DNA of 64,000 nucleotides. Source: Moniliella sp. 'wahieum'. Its lineage: Eukaryota. How positions within the stretch are numbered: the stretch's first letter is position 1; every line of letters starts with the position of its first letter. The position numbers and the translations under genes are program-made. Below are positions 25,301 through 38,197 of this stretch, one piece after another. The notes beneath the pieces were generated by a model. That model ran no database searches, was not told where the DNA came from, and saw nothing but the letters and a program-made list of their open reading frames with translations. The stretch covers positions 62,001-126,000 of the forward strand of contig RSEE01000001.1 in the NCBI GenBank assembly GCA_003971905.1. Reading direction: 5' to 3'.

Positions 25301-27394
25301 CTTCGATCAAAGTCTCTGCACTTTCCAGACGCTCAGAAGCTTGCTCGTACTGAGCTTGAATATTGATCAGTGGGCAAGCTCCTTGTCCATCTCAGCAATC
25401 TTGCGCCGCTGTTCAACGTCAGTCTCGTTGGTGATGTCGCGGAAACGGACGAGTGCTTCCTTGAGTTTTTCATTCTGCCGCTCCAATTGAGCGATGGTAG
25501 CTGCAGCGCGCATCTGCTGCCCCACCTCGGGATTCGCCCTCCAAGCCCGCGGGAGAAGAAGTGCCGTCGTCGCGGAGGCGGTCCAAAGCGGCTTGCTGCT
25601 GCTCCTGCAATACCTCGAGCGATGCAGCTCGTCAGCGCGGAGTTTCTCTTGTTCCAATTGTTCTTGAAGTAGCTCGACTTGTTCTTCTGCTACCTCCTTG
25701 TCGAGCGTAGACATCTCCAGTTGCTCGCTCAGATCTTGAGCTTGCAGTTCCATCTGGTCACGTTGGCTCAACCATTCCTTCTCCATTTTTCGTAGTTGCG
25801 CACATCTTGCTCCAGATCTTGCATCCGCTCCGCCATTTTTCCCTTTTGAGACAAGAACTTATCCGCATCCTCCTTGTACCGCTCTAGCTCACGCAAACGT
25901 TCACGATCTTCTTCCTTTTGGCGCTCGAGAACGGTTACCTTTTGCGCAAGTCGATCATTTCGCGCGACGAAAGCAGAGCGCCCTTCACGGGCGATGCGGA
26001 CGTGGCCCCTCGCCCGGACGATGAAGGAGGCGCAGCGCCAAAGCGCATCGAAGGGGACAGAGCCATATTGGGTTCCTCTTCCTCGTCCTCATCATCTTCC
26101 GACTCGGGGGAAAGTCGAGTCAAGAACTCCGACCGTACCTCGGCACGTCCTCGGGGATCAAACTCGACGAGGGGCAAGACCAGTCGTCCGAGCCCTCCTC
26201 GGTCGGATCGCTGCTTTGGCCAAACTGTGCTTGAAGCGCACCGATGGCAGACACCTGCCGGGACTGAGAGGCCGCAGTCGCTTGAAGCGCAGGGCGAACA
26301 GGGAGCGGTGGTGCGGAGCGAGTTGGAACGGGAAGCCAAAGCGGTGAAGATGGAGCAGTTGAAGTACCCGTCTGACGCGTGATAGGCGTAGACTACAGCC
26401 GCCCCTGGTCTACGTGCGGGAGTTGCTGTGACAGATGGGCGGGAACGGATGGGGGCGACTGTAGCAGGTGCAGCACCGGGTGGCAGGGGTAGGACGCGGT
26501 GCCCGCTGAACGGGTGGCAGTCGAAGGGCGCGAAAGCAGGGGCGCGGGGCCGCAGGAGTCGTGAGCCTGCTGCAGATGCAGCACGAGATGCGGCCGAGAG
26601 AAGGAGATGGGCGAGCTGACGAGGCCGGGTGCCCCTCGGCGTGGTCCTGGGGTGACCGAGGTGCGCATCCGTGGCGCTGCTGATCCAGGAGCCAATGCTC
26701 TCGTTTCAATGGCGAGCTGCGCATGGGGGTGGGCGTTGGGCGTGCTGACCCAGGGGTCGGGGCGGGCCGGGAGGCGACTGATGAACGGGCGCTTATGCCG
26801 GGGGATGAGAGAAACGAGCAGCAGAAGGCGATGAAGGCGCCGCCGCCCGCAGCCTTGACACGGGCGGTGGCCAAGGGAGTCGAACGGGGTGCCTAGGTAG
26901 AAGCAATGCAAGGGATTGAGTGTCAGCAAGAGCAGAGGCCATAGGGGGGGAGGCAGGACGTACAGTAGCGGGCGCGGCGTACGGCAGCCGCGGTGGCGCA
27001 CAGAGGTAGAGCGCGAGGCGTGCCCACAGTGGAGACAGCTGCGGGGCGGGAGGCGGAGATGCGCGCTGGAAGAGGCTCATAGGGGTCGCTGGGTACGGAG
27101 GAAAGGTCGGCGGCCACTCATCGTCGTCGGGTATGCTCGATGGAGCGGCCTGCCGCTGGGGAAGAACGTGGACCTGGCTGGGCCGAACAAACACGCCATG
27201 CAGCGGCGGGCAGTCTTCGATGTACACGCGGCCCTGAACCGATCCGTCGTTCTTGCCGTTGGGCAGGTCGAGCACAATGCCGACCCACTGGCCGGGGGCA
27301 AAGTGGGGCTCGCCGAGATACATGATGTTGCCCGCCCCGAGCTTGTTGATCTCGACGCGCTGGCCGACCCACAGGTGGGGTGCGCTGCCGTCAT
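22396..27394 (-). CDS. NIP100: Dynactin subunit p150Glued
   Basis: CAP-Gly domain (VGQRV...[21 protein letters not shown]...GVFVRPSQV), basic Ser/Pro region, long coiled coils ([31 protein letters not shown]), dynactin domain. Confidence 0.92.
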
Positions 27395-27779
27395 GGTGAG
27401 CCGCGTGTGCTGCAACAGCAAGGCAGGAAGGGAGGGGGTGGTGGTGGTGTGGTGGTGGTGGGTGGGGGAGGGCGTGGATGCGGGTGTGGCTGCTGCCGCT
27501 GGCTTTGCCCACGCGCTGGAGCGGGGGGGCAACCCTACTGCCCAACCCTAGCGAGGCACCGCTGCGCTGAGTGTTGTGTTGTGAGTGTCGGTGGCTGCTG
27601 CTGGCTGCTCGCTCGCCTGCCCAAAGGCCTATCGTCTATTTCCCCCGACCCCCCCCCACTTGCTGGCCATCGCGCAAGATGGGCGGCCATGGCTCCCATC
27701 GACGCACCACGTGTACATTACTGCTTGCAAGCCACCGGGGCGCAGTGCCTTATGCATCCATCCTGGTCCCGCAAACGTC

Positions 27780-29033
27780 AGCTGCCCATTCTAGCCCCCC
27801 CCCCATCAGGCACATAACGTACTCGTTCACGCACTCCCACTCCCCCTTGAGGTTCTCCTTCCACAGCGTAACTTTGCATCGCCGCACGACACAGCCAGCA
27901 CATTGCCCGACATGGACCACGACACCTTCCACACCGTATCCGGAAACTTGCCCTGGCCATCCGACGAAGGGTCAAGGCGGACCTGGGACCATTCGGACGC
28001 GCCCGCCTCCTGCGTCCAGATGAGCACGGTGCGGTCCTGCGATGCGCTGGCCAGTTGCGTTCGCGGCAGTCCCTGACCAGGAGCAAACGCCACATCGCGC
28101 ACCCAGTCCGTGTGGCCCACCAGCGGCCCAGTCTCCTCGATCCACCGGTTTTGCTCTTCACTAAACTCCCACAGCTTGACCACATTGTCGCCGGCACTGC
28201 GAATCTCCGCACGGGCGCCAGTGCCTGTGCTGCATCCTGCCCGGCCAAAGGCTGTGCATTGACCAGGCTCCCGGGCACAACCGCCGGCGCCCAGGAAACC
28301 GCATTGCATCCAATCGGATGCGCCGTGACCATGTCCACCGCCCAGGTCCCATTGACTGAAGCACACGCAGGCAGGTTAGTTGCGCCCATTCTACTGCGCA
28401 CAAAACGCAGGGCAGGTCCACGCACAGTTGAACGTCAACACCGACACATTTCCGTCTGAAGAGGCGCAAGCCAGAACCGCCCCCAGTTCCGGCGGCGCCC
28501 AAGCTAAGGAGTTGACCGAAGCCGAGTGCATGGCATGCTCCTTGATCTTCTGCCAAGAGCCGGTGGGTTGTTGTGGTACCGCGCCACGCGCCGGCGCTGC
28601 CGCGGGCGTCTCCTCGTACTTCCAAATCAACACTTTGCCATCGTACGATGCGCTGGCCAAGATCGAGCCGAATTTGGGTGGGCCCATGCCACCTGCCACA
28701 CCGGGCCCTCGTGACCAACCAGCGACACCCCTGGGCCCGTCGCAGCGCCATCCACCACATCAAACACTTTGACACTCCGATCCGAGCTGCACGTCGCCAA
28801 TCGACGCCCGTAAAAGTCCAGCTGGGCATCATGCTGGACAGAATCAAATGTGTCAGTATAGCTCCTCCCCAACCAGAAGCACACGTCACCTACAATCATA
28901 TCCTCATGTTGAGTCTCGATCGTTTTGGGCTCCGTCACGGGCGGGGCAACGGGCACAGCAGCAAGAGCCTGCGAGCGGACATAGGAATGGTCAGGGGAAG
29001 GCTCGAGAGGCGGCACAAAGTGGGGCATACCAT
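27780..29033 (-). CDS. SEC13: COPII/nucleoporin WD40 protein Sec13
   Basis: [83 protein letters not shown]; several introns; last exon not resolved. Confidence 0.95.
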
Positions 29034-29744
29034 CAGGCAGAAAAAACAAGGCGGCAGTCAAGGGTGGGAAGACGTCAACAAGCGCGATCGAGACTCGTCG
29101 TGGCGTTGGCGCGAGCTAGCCACGTTGCTCCAACGAACAGCCAAACTGGTCCCGTGCCTGGTCTGCTTATGTAATGCTCTACTACCTTTCAGTTTTCACT
29201 TGCCCGTCGTGTCCGATGTTCAACCAGTTGTGCACCCTTCAATGGTTACAGAGGGGGAGGTATTGCCGATCGCGCTTGTTGCAAGCATAGTGGCCGTCGC
29301 TTCAATGCCGGGCAAGAACAGGCGATAGTATGGAAATTGGAATCCTCCGTCGCGGTACCACTCCATCCTCGCCCCGATCATGCATCAGCGGAGGCAGCAG
29401 AAATTGCATTGAATCTAGTCACATCGCTCATCGACCACATGCTGAATCTTCGCTCCTCCCAATTTCGATGGGACGCGGGGAGAGTTGCAGCGCCGACCCG
29501 CCAGGGTTTCTTTTCGCTCGCCAAGGGGACCGAGAGACGGGCACGAAGGGTTGGGAATCGGCACTTGCTCAGATGCAAGAGGAAATAAGTATAAACAGTA
29601 TATACGTGCACACCTATCGTGGTGGTGGAATACAAAAAATCGTCAGGGGGGTACAAGATGAAGAGTCGCGCATCGGGGAAGGCAAAAGGGAATCGTCGTA
29701 TCAGCGGCGCAGGTTATGTCGGGTATATATATCAAGTAGAATCG

Positions 29745-31805
29745 TTAGAGGGGAGAGGGGGGGTCCAAAACGGGGGTGGAATCAAACGGAGTTGTCAAAC
29801 CACCCAACACAGCACCGAAAGCAACCGCAACGTCAGCTGCTGGTACCTGGATTCGAGGCCAATCCCAGTCCGGGATCAGGACCCACATTTGACGTTCAAG
29901 GAATTGTTGCAGCAGTCCACCCAGCTGGACAATGTCTTCCGTCGAGGCTACCGACCACACTTCGTATTCGGCCTGGTGGGGGGGCACCAGCCGCGCGATG
30001 CGAGACGACGAGCGAGATTGTCACGGTACGCCAACTCTTTGCTGAGCAGATGAGCACAAGCCCGACCGGGGCCGAGGCAGATGAATCGCTCTACGCCAGC
30101 CTCCAGCAGGGCCTCGATGGCGCTGAGCCAGTGGACCGGACGGGCCAATGCGCCGTGCAAGTCCAGGCGAAGGTCGCGTTGGGTGGCCAGCCATTGGCCA
30201 GTGAACGGACTGAGGAGACCGAGACCACGCGAGGGGGCAAGGGGCACGTTCGCCACGGCGGACGGACCAAGTCTGCCGCGCCCTTCATCGCTGTGGTGTG
30301 GTACGGTCCGGAGGTAGGGATATTAACCGCCTTGGCGCCGTAGCCACGGAGACGAAGCGGTCGGTCACGTACTGCACTGCGCTCCGTGTCCCGGCCAGAA
30401 CAAGTTGGAGGGAAGAGTTGATGTTGGCCACCTCGGCGTACTCATCGGGAGCGACGCCCTGCACCAAGCCTGCACGAATGTCGCCCATGGCCACCTCGAT
30501 CTCCAACAGCGCGGCATACAGTTTGCCCGGTTGGAGCATCACGCCACACATCAAGGGGCGACGGTCCCCCTCTGCGTCGTCCACGCGCCCATGGAACCCC
30601 CAAGAGTCGTACACACTCAGTGGAGGCATCGTGCCTGGGGGGGTAAAATCGGGTGAGTGCGCACATGGATCGTAGACGCCAGGCCATAATGACGCAGCAG
30701 TCTTACTCCATCGGTAAACTCCAACTCACCTGCGAGCACCAACGACGATAGGTTACCCAAACCGTGGCCAACGCCACCTGAACATGGTCGCGAACCAAGT
30801 CGACCGCAAATTCGGTACGAAGAACTTGTACGAACGACATGGTCGCCGTGAAGATCGCCGGCCAAGCATTCTCGCCCGCGTCAAGTTGAGCTGGTCGCAA
30901 CCAAAGACCATGTCCCGGAGCCAAGCCGCGGATGGGCCGCGGCCGTCGCGAGTGGGATCGGCGTAGGCTGTGGTGGACAAGGCCGCTTCAAACGCGGCAC
31001 GTTGCGCGGACGACCGGGACCACTCGGGCAGATCCACAGGGCGGTCTTGCGGGTCAAAGGAGCGCACCAGCGCTTTTTCCGCATCAATCCACACTTTCTC
31101 GGCCGCCCGAAAGGTACGCGACAATTTCTGGGTCATGCCAATGTACTGGGAGCCCTGTCCGGCAAACACCAGAGCAGTGCGCTTACGACGCAGAGACGAA
31201 TCCGCGGCCTCCTTCCGACCCATCCGGGCAGCCGAGACGACTCCAGAAGAAGGGGAAAAATAGGTGTGTTGCGGGAGCGGGCGTTTGGTTCGGGTGGAGG
31301 GTGAATACTGATCGTTGCATCCCCCAGGTGGTGGAAGAGAGGTGAGTACTTTGGTAGATAAGAGATTGAAACAAAATATGACGGAACGGACCTCATGAAC
31401 GTAGTTAGCGCCTTGCTCCTTCTCAATCTGTTGTTGGTGGGCGCGCAGACTGAGGAGGTGGGGCTGCTCGCGCTTTCCCTCAGGGGAAAAGGGAGGGCTG
31501 CGAAGGCGGTTTCTCCGCCCCCAGTTGGGTGTTGCGCCGGTACCAGGGGAGCCTACAATGCCTCGGCTCGGGTGGGGATCAGGAGCTTGATATCGGCCCC
31601 ACGTCAGACCGCGGGGTAGGAGGGAGCCGAGGTGTGGGAATAGTGGGGGCTCAGCCAGAGAAGACGAAATGGAGCGTGGGGTGGAGATGGTGAGAGAACG
31701 AGGGAGCAAAGGCCGCAGTCGCCATGTCGGGCTCCCTTTGAAGGCGAACGAAGTGCTCAGCCGGCTGGGATGGCGAGCGCAGGCAACGCGGGGGGCACTA
31801 AGCAT
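29745..31805 (-). CDS. Mitochondrial malonyl-CoA:ACP transacylase (FabD/Mct1)-like protein with altered active site
   Basis: Arg/Ser-rich presequence MLSAPRVACARH, ALVFAGQGSQ, GHGLG in place of GHSLG, ANINSSLQLVLAG, GPYHT, PVHW, GPGR; probable intron about 31306-31395. Confidence 0.85.
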
Positions 31806-32795
31806 AGCGGGGATGATATAGATAGAGACACACTCACGCACGGGTTGCAAACAGGCTTTAGCGCGGACAAGGGGAGACGGAGATGGGGTGAGGGCCGAGC
31901 AGGGGCCCCAGATGAGGTGATCTTGTTGCTGGTGGGATCCGATGCCAGAAAAAATGAGATGGCGGGCGGAAGGGAGATGGGATTGGGGAGAGGGCGCAGC
32001 CGTACGGCGGATGAGCGCCACACACAACAGCAGCCCCACAAGAGCGTGGAGATGTGGGGCAGGCGGGTGGCTGGTGGTGAGCCCATCGAACGTGGCCGCT
32101 GTATAGGCGGGAGTGGCGTCGGATGGGAGAATCGATACCAAGGCACCGATCGAGCGGCTGCCGGGGAGCGGCGACCGGCCTTAAAGCTTGCCGCTTTCCT
32201 AACGCTTAGTACGTTTACCGGCGCGGCCGCCGCTCTGCGGGGTCGGCACAACGCCAGTGTAGTCGTGCTTGGCAAAGCGTCAGGCCCAATGCCTGTTCCA
32301 GCCCACGGCGGCCATCCACCCGCGCCCGCTTCGCATCGCCACAGTGCCGCCGGGCCAACGTCCAGGTCGCTGCCCCTCGTTTTCTGTATACCAGCATCGG
32401 CAGCCGAGATCGCCGACGTCTCGTCCTGTCGTGAGCCGGTTGCTATTCCCCTTGTATTATCGCCATCAAGGCGCATTATGGACAAAAAACATTTACTTTG
32501 GCACGAAAAGTCTGTGCGTGGGGAGGGGTATCAGGAGCCTGCGTCAATGTGGATGGGCCCCATCCAGCGTTAAGAGATGTTCCGATCACTGTGCGTCCAC
32601 AGCCCTGCGTTGACAGGAAAGAAGTCCGGACAGAAGAGGGACGACGTAAAGTGCGTTATCAGGATGCGAGGGGCGATTTTGGGCAGAAGAGCAAAGGCGC
32701 CGAAGAAAACAAAACCCAACATGCAAGTCAATGGAGACGCGAGCGAGCACGGCTCACAATGGGCGGCTCGCTAGAAGCTGTGCGCGTTGTACTCA

Positions 32796-33732
32796 TCAGC
32801 TGCAGCAAGCCCCATGGCCATAGCTCGCATCCGCCGCTCGGCCTGCTGCCGCACCAAGATCGGAAGGCGAGCAATCCCCTTCAAGGCAACGCTCCACTTG
32901 CACCGCCTCAATGCCGGCACCGCCTTCGGGGTTGGTCATTCCCCCTCCTCCAGCCGTCGCCAAAAAGAAAGGATCCTCGTCCGAACTGAGGTCAAAGGCG
33001 AGTGCATCCCAGGTAGAGATAAAGTGACCAAACAGCCCGCCTAGGCAAATCGCCATGATGATGTATCCGTTGAACGACATGGCGATCAGCATCACGAGGT
33101 ACGCGCCCATGAACTGAACAGCGTAATCAAAGAGCGAACTGTCTGCTGGAAAAGCGAGGGCCGGAACCGACGTGGGTTGCGAGCCCAGAAGTGAGCTGCG
33201 GCACCACGAGTACCAGCACGAGTAGGATAGCCGTACATTGCAGCGTCCAGCTCTGCATCACTAGGACTTGGGTTGCGCGCCAAACGTTTTTCCCCATTGC
33301 TCGAGGAGGGAGAAAGTTGGGCTGCCGCCAAAGGTGCCGAGGCCATGTGAGGCTGAGACTGAGATTGGGGATGAGATTGGGACTGGGACTGGGACTGACG
33401 CTGGTGCTGCTCCGAACGCACAATGTACCGATCCCATTCCCGCCCAAGCCGACGAATAACCTCAATGAGCACGACCATGAGAAGATGCCGATGCAGGAGC
33501 CTGCAAATTGACCATTGGTTTTGATACTGAGGCAGGGAAGGGAGAGAGAGTTAGGCACCAGCAGGCAAGCACGGTCCTCCGAATCGCAACTTACTGCCAC
33601 GAGGGGGAGAGGATACAGATCCCGACCGTTTGCCAATTGCCAGTCATGTGGGTCGAACACGTTCCCCCCATCATCATTCCGCCCATTGAGCCTGAGCCTG
33701 AGCCTGAGCCGAGCCCCCATGTTCATGTCCAT
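32796..33732 (-). CDS. Ctr family copper transporter
   Basis: N-terminal MDMNM, MTGNWQTVGIC, GQFAGSCIGIF, EVIRRLGREWD, MLIAM (MxxxM) SFNGY, C-terminal GACCS; intron about 33526-33594. Confidence 0.92.
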
Positions 33733-34883
33733 CGTGCGTAAAAGAGGCGGGTGAGGGGGAGGAGGGGAGGGGGGGTGGAGTGGTGGATGAGAAGGGAGGG
33801 TTGGTGCCATGGACAGCCCCACCTGTCGACAGGGGTGCAGGTGGGCTTGCAGGAGCCAGGGGAATGGAGGGCTCGGGGAGTTTTCCATGTGCTCGGCGCG
33901 TTCTGAGGACATTGGTTAGACTCGCCCCGGGCGGAAGGCGAGCAGGCGGCACAGGGCCAGTGCTCGGCGCCTTTCCAGTCGGCCCGGCCCCTGCTCCGAT
34001 CACCGACCGGTCATCGATCCGATCCGTGTTAATCATTCCAGATGTCCATGCCGCCGAATGCAATGTTGCAATGCCGGCGGCTCCGGGGCGGATCACGTAA
34101 TCCCGCCTCGAACGAAGGGAAGGGGCATTGCCTGCGTTGTCCAGCCGCCGTTTCCGTGGGATTGTATGTTCCTCTGCGGTGCTGGCGCGTGGCCATAGAC
34201 GCGCACACCCACGGAATCCCGGCTGATGCCGGACTCCTGGCTGATGCCAATGGGCCGGGGGGGGGGGGGGGCGCTGGGCTAGAGAATGGCGGTGGCGTAG
34301 CACTCCTGTTGGCGGATTGGATTGACGGCAGGCCTTGGTTGGGCTGCTTTCCGACATGGGGCACTGAGCTCCTGAGCCTGAGACGAGAGTGAGACGAGTG
34401 ACTAATACAAAACGTGACTACAGATGGATGCTCTGGCACTGTTTTGAAACGGACACCGGCGCGCTAACCCTTGCTGCGTGGTGGTATATAAATGTGACCT
34501 GTCGACGCAGCCAGTTTGGAGAGGGACATGTCGATGACCCGGCGAAGCGCGTGACCGTGAGCGTGGGCGTGAGCATGCGACGCTGGCGAGGGGTGGGTGG
34601 CGGTAGCGGCAGCGGCGCAGGCGGCCCCGCGGGTCCCGCCCCCCCTCCCCCCCCCCAGGACAGCAGCAGGAAGGAGGCCGAAGGCGTGACGTAAGATGCG
34701 GGGCAATTTCTCGGCAGGGCGCCAGTGTGGGAAAGCGAACATTTCACCGGGCGCTGCGGTGTGCTGCTGGCGCGCGGGCAGCCCCTGCCGTCCTGAAAAT
34801 TCTCAAGCATCTCCACGCCAGCAACGCACGCCTCAGCGCCCGCGACCCCCCGGCCCCTCCTTCTCCTCCACTCCCTCCCCGCC

Positions 34884-36902
34884 ATGGCTCCCACTCCCGC
34901 TGCTGCTGACCGCGCGGCCGACGCTGCCCACAGCGCGTCCTCTGGCCTGTTCAAGTGGGTCGAGGACAACAAGGGTGTTCTCATCGGCGCCGCTGTTGGT
35001 GTCAGCGCCGCCGGCCTGGGGTACTACCTCTTGTCGGCCAACCGCGGCGGCGCCCTGGCTCCGCTCCTGCTGCCGGCGACAAGTCCGCCCCCAAGAAGAA
35101 GCGCAACAAGAAAAAGTCCAAGGCTGCGCGCGACGCCGGCGACTCGCTGGCCCATCCGGACGGGCCCCTGGTCCAGGATGCAACCGATGACGACATCATG
35201 AAGCTGTCGCCAGAGGAAATTGCGCGGCTACCGACCGACGTAAGTTCGACTCCTAGCCTTGGTGCTGTTTGTGCTGTTGCGTGTGGCGCATATTGTCTGA
35301 CCCTAGTGCCGCGGGACAGGCTGCTTCCCTCGCTCGCCGCAAGGCCATCGCCGCCCAGCTCAAAACGGCCGGCAACCGGGCATACAAGGAAGGCCAGCTG
35401 GACAAGGCCATCTCCCTGTACAGCAAGGCGATCGCTGCGGAGCCCCAGTCGGTCTTCTACTGCAACCGTGCAGCCTGCTACACTAATCAGCACAAGTACC
35501 GCGAGGTGATTGCGGACACCAACGAAGCCCTCAAGCTCGACCCGACTTACATCAAGGCCCTCAACCGCCGTGCTGTAGCGGCCGACAAGCTCGGTGGCGA
35601 TGGGGGCAGCGGCAAGTTGGACGACGAGAAGGTCGGATACCTGATCAGTGCAGCTCAGGGTATGCACTCTCCCTTGCCTCTCCACTCTCTCTAACCCTTG
35701 GCCTGTTGACAAATACTAACCCGCCCCTCTTCTCAGACTTTACTGCCGTTGCGATCCTGAGCAAGTTTTCCGACGCCAACTCGACGACGTCGGTGGAGAA
35801 GGTGCTGGATCGGCTGGCGCGTGCGCGAGCGGCGGAGATTCTGCGTTCGCGCGAACCTCGACTGCCGTCGCCGACGTTTGTCACGGCGTACTGGAGGCGT
35901 TCCGCAAGCGTCCGCCGCCGGCGCTGCCTTCTCCCCGTCGAAGGCGACAAGGGTTTGAGCAGGCAACGCGTGCGCTAGAGGACAAGGAATACGAAACAGC
36001 GCAAGAACTGTTCAACAAGTCGCTTGATCTCGGGCTCAGCACCGACGAGCTCAAGGCCCATGCGCTCAACATGCGCGCCACGTTCAAGTTCATCATGGGC
36101 AACGCTCCGAGCGCGATGGAGGACCTGGACGAGAGCACGACGATCAAGCCGGATTACGTGCAGAGCTGGGTCAAGAAGGCGAGTGCGCACATGGAGTTGT
36201 CGGACCGGGCGGATGCGTTTGCCGACTTTGACAAGGCGCTCGAGGCGGACCCGACCGACCCGGACATTTACTACCACCGTGGTCAGGTTCACTTTATCTG
36301 CAAGAGTACAACGAGGCGCTGGCGGACTATGCCAAGTCGACCGAGCTGGACGAACATTATCTTTAGCCAGGTGCAACATGCTGTGGGCCAATACAAGTTG
36401 GGGCAGGTGGAAGCGTCCAATGCGGCCTTTGCCCAATCCTGGCCAAGTTCCCCACTTCGTCCGAGGCGTACAACTACTATGGTGAGCTGCAATGGACCAG
36501 CAGAAGTTTGAGCAGGCGCTGGCCAACTTTGACAAGGCCATTGCCATTGAATCGGCCAAGCCGAGCAAGGGGCGGAGTGTGCTGCCGATGATTAACAAGG
36601 CCCTCCTCCTGTTCCAGTGGAAATCCGACCTCAAGGGCGCCGAGGAATTGTGCCGGCAAGCGTTGGAGATGGACCCCGACTGCGACGTAGCGGTGGCCAC
36701 GCTTGCGCAGCTCAACATGCAACAGGGCAAGATTGATGAGTGCATCAAGTCCTTTGAACGTTCTGCCCAGATTGCCCGGACCGAACCCGAACTGATCAAC
36801 GCGCTCACGTACGAGTATGCGTCGCGCTCCCAAGCCGCGTTTATCCGCAACTTCCCCGAGGAAGGCGCTAACCTCGCAGCGCTCGCGGCCGCGGAGCAGT
36901 AA
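34884..36902 (+). CDS. TOM70: Mitochondrial import receptor Tom70 (TPR)
   Basis: N-terminal anchor VLIGAAVGVSAAGLGYYL, LKTAGNRAY...FYCNRAACY TPRs, RLPSPTFVTAY, RATFKFIMG, DIYYHRGQV, PMINKALLLFQW. Confidence 0.95.
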
Positions 36903-38197
36903 CTTGCTCCACGTGTTCTCCTGCGTTGTACCCCAGAGACAGGAACAACGCTGACGGAAGGTATCCGTTGCTGGTGCATGTGATTCTACTCCGTATTGCA
37001 CAACAACTTTGCCGTTGTCATAGATGCTTCATTTCCTAGCCGGGGAACATCGGAACAAGGGACTCGATAAACAGCATGCACAACTATGGAAGGCAACGGC
37101 ATTCGCATTCCTAGCCGTGCCCAACGCCCCGAGTGAAAAGGAGAGATGCAGGGGGAGGGGAAGGACAAGATGAGCGTGTGTACTTGAGTAGTGAAGAAGG
37201 TAGCCTACGGTTCATACTGCATAATAAACCCCCCACAGGGTACGCGTACCATCGACGGGCTGTGGGCCAACAAGCGTTCCAACTGAGGGACACTTGTGTG
37301 GGATTGTTACACGGCAACAGACTCTGATCAGTCGGAAAGGGGGCCCGCAAAGCCTATACGTCCGCGGTAAGGAGGAAAGTGTACATGGGCACACAAGTAG
37401 TCTGAGTCTGATCTGCCAGAAATGTAGTGTCTTGTCCTTTTGAGGGGTAGTGTAAAGTCCGTGGGGGGAGGGGGGAGGAGGACTCCATATATACATATGG
37501 GTTGGAAGACTTCGTGCGTCCGATGTGGAGAGAGAACGAAGAAGCGAGAATCCGTACACGGAGCGCACTTGCTAGAATGATTCACCCCACCATCAGAACA
37601 GATGGGTCGCTTCGTCGTGGAGATGTGCTCATCGTGGTTACGCCGAACGCCAAAATCGACCAGAACTTGCCGTGGCAAAAGGATAGAGAGATAGAGGTGG
37701 ATTGAATCACGCACGCTGCGTTTGAGCGTTGTATGCACGATTCCACAAGTGACTGTGAGGTAGTAGAGCGCGCCGCACGTGTATAGGTGAACAGGTGTCT
37801 CTGTCCGGAAGTGGGCTTGAACTGATGAGACCTGGAGTCCGGATAGTCCTTGAAGGGTGATGCAATCGCACTGGTGGTGGTGGTGGTCTAACCAGCAACG
37901 CCTACAGAGGAACAGCAAGCAGCGAGTCGCCACCGGGGGCTAAGCTGCGGAACAAGGAAAAAACAGGAGAGAGAAAACAACAGAACTCCCAGGCCTGAGG
38001 AGGAACTGAAGGGACATGGCCAAAGCACGAGCCATCCGATGGCTCAACATAATAGACAAGGCATAGAGATAACTGTGTGCGAGTATTATAATTACGCCTG
38101 CTCGGCGTAACACCGTTTGATCCCACTGTAACCATGTAACCTTCGCCCACGACTCCTCCGTATATAGTCTCCTACCATCCTCTCCTCACCTCTTATT

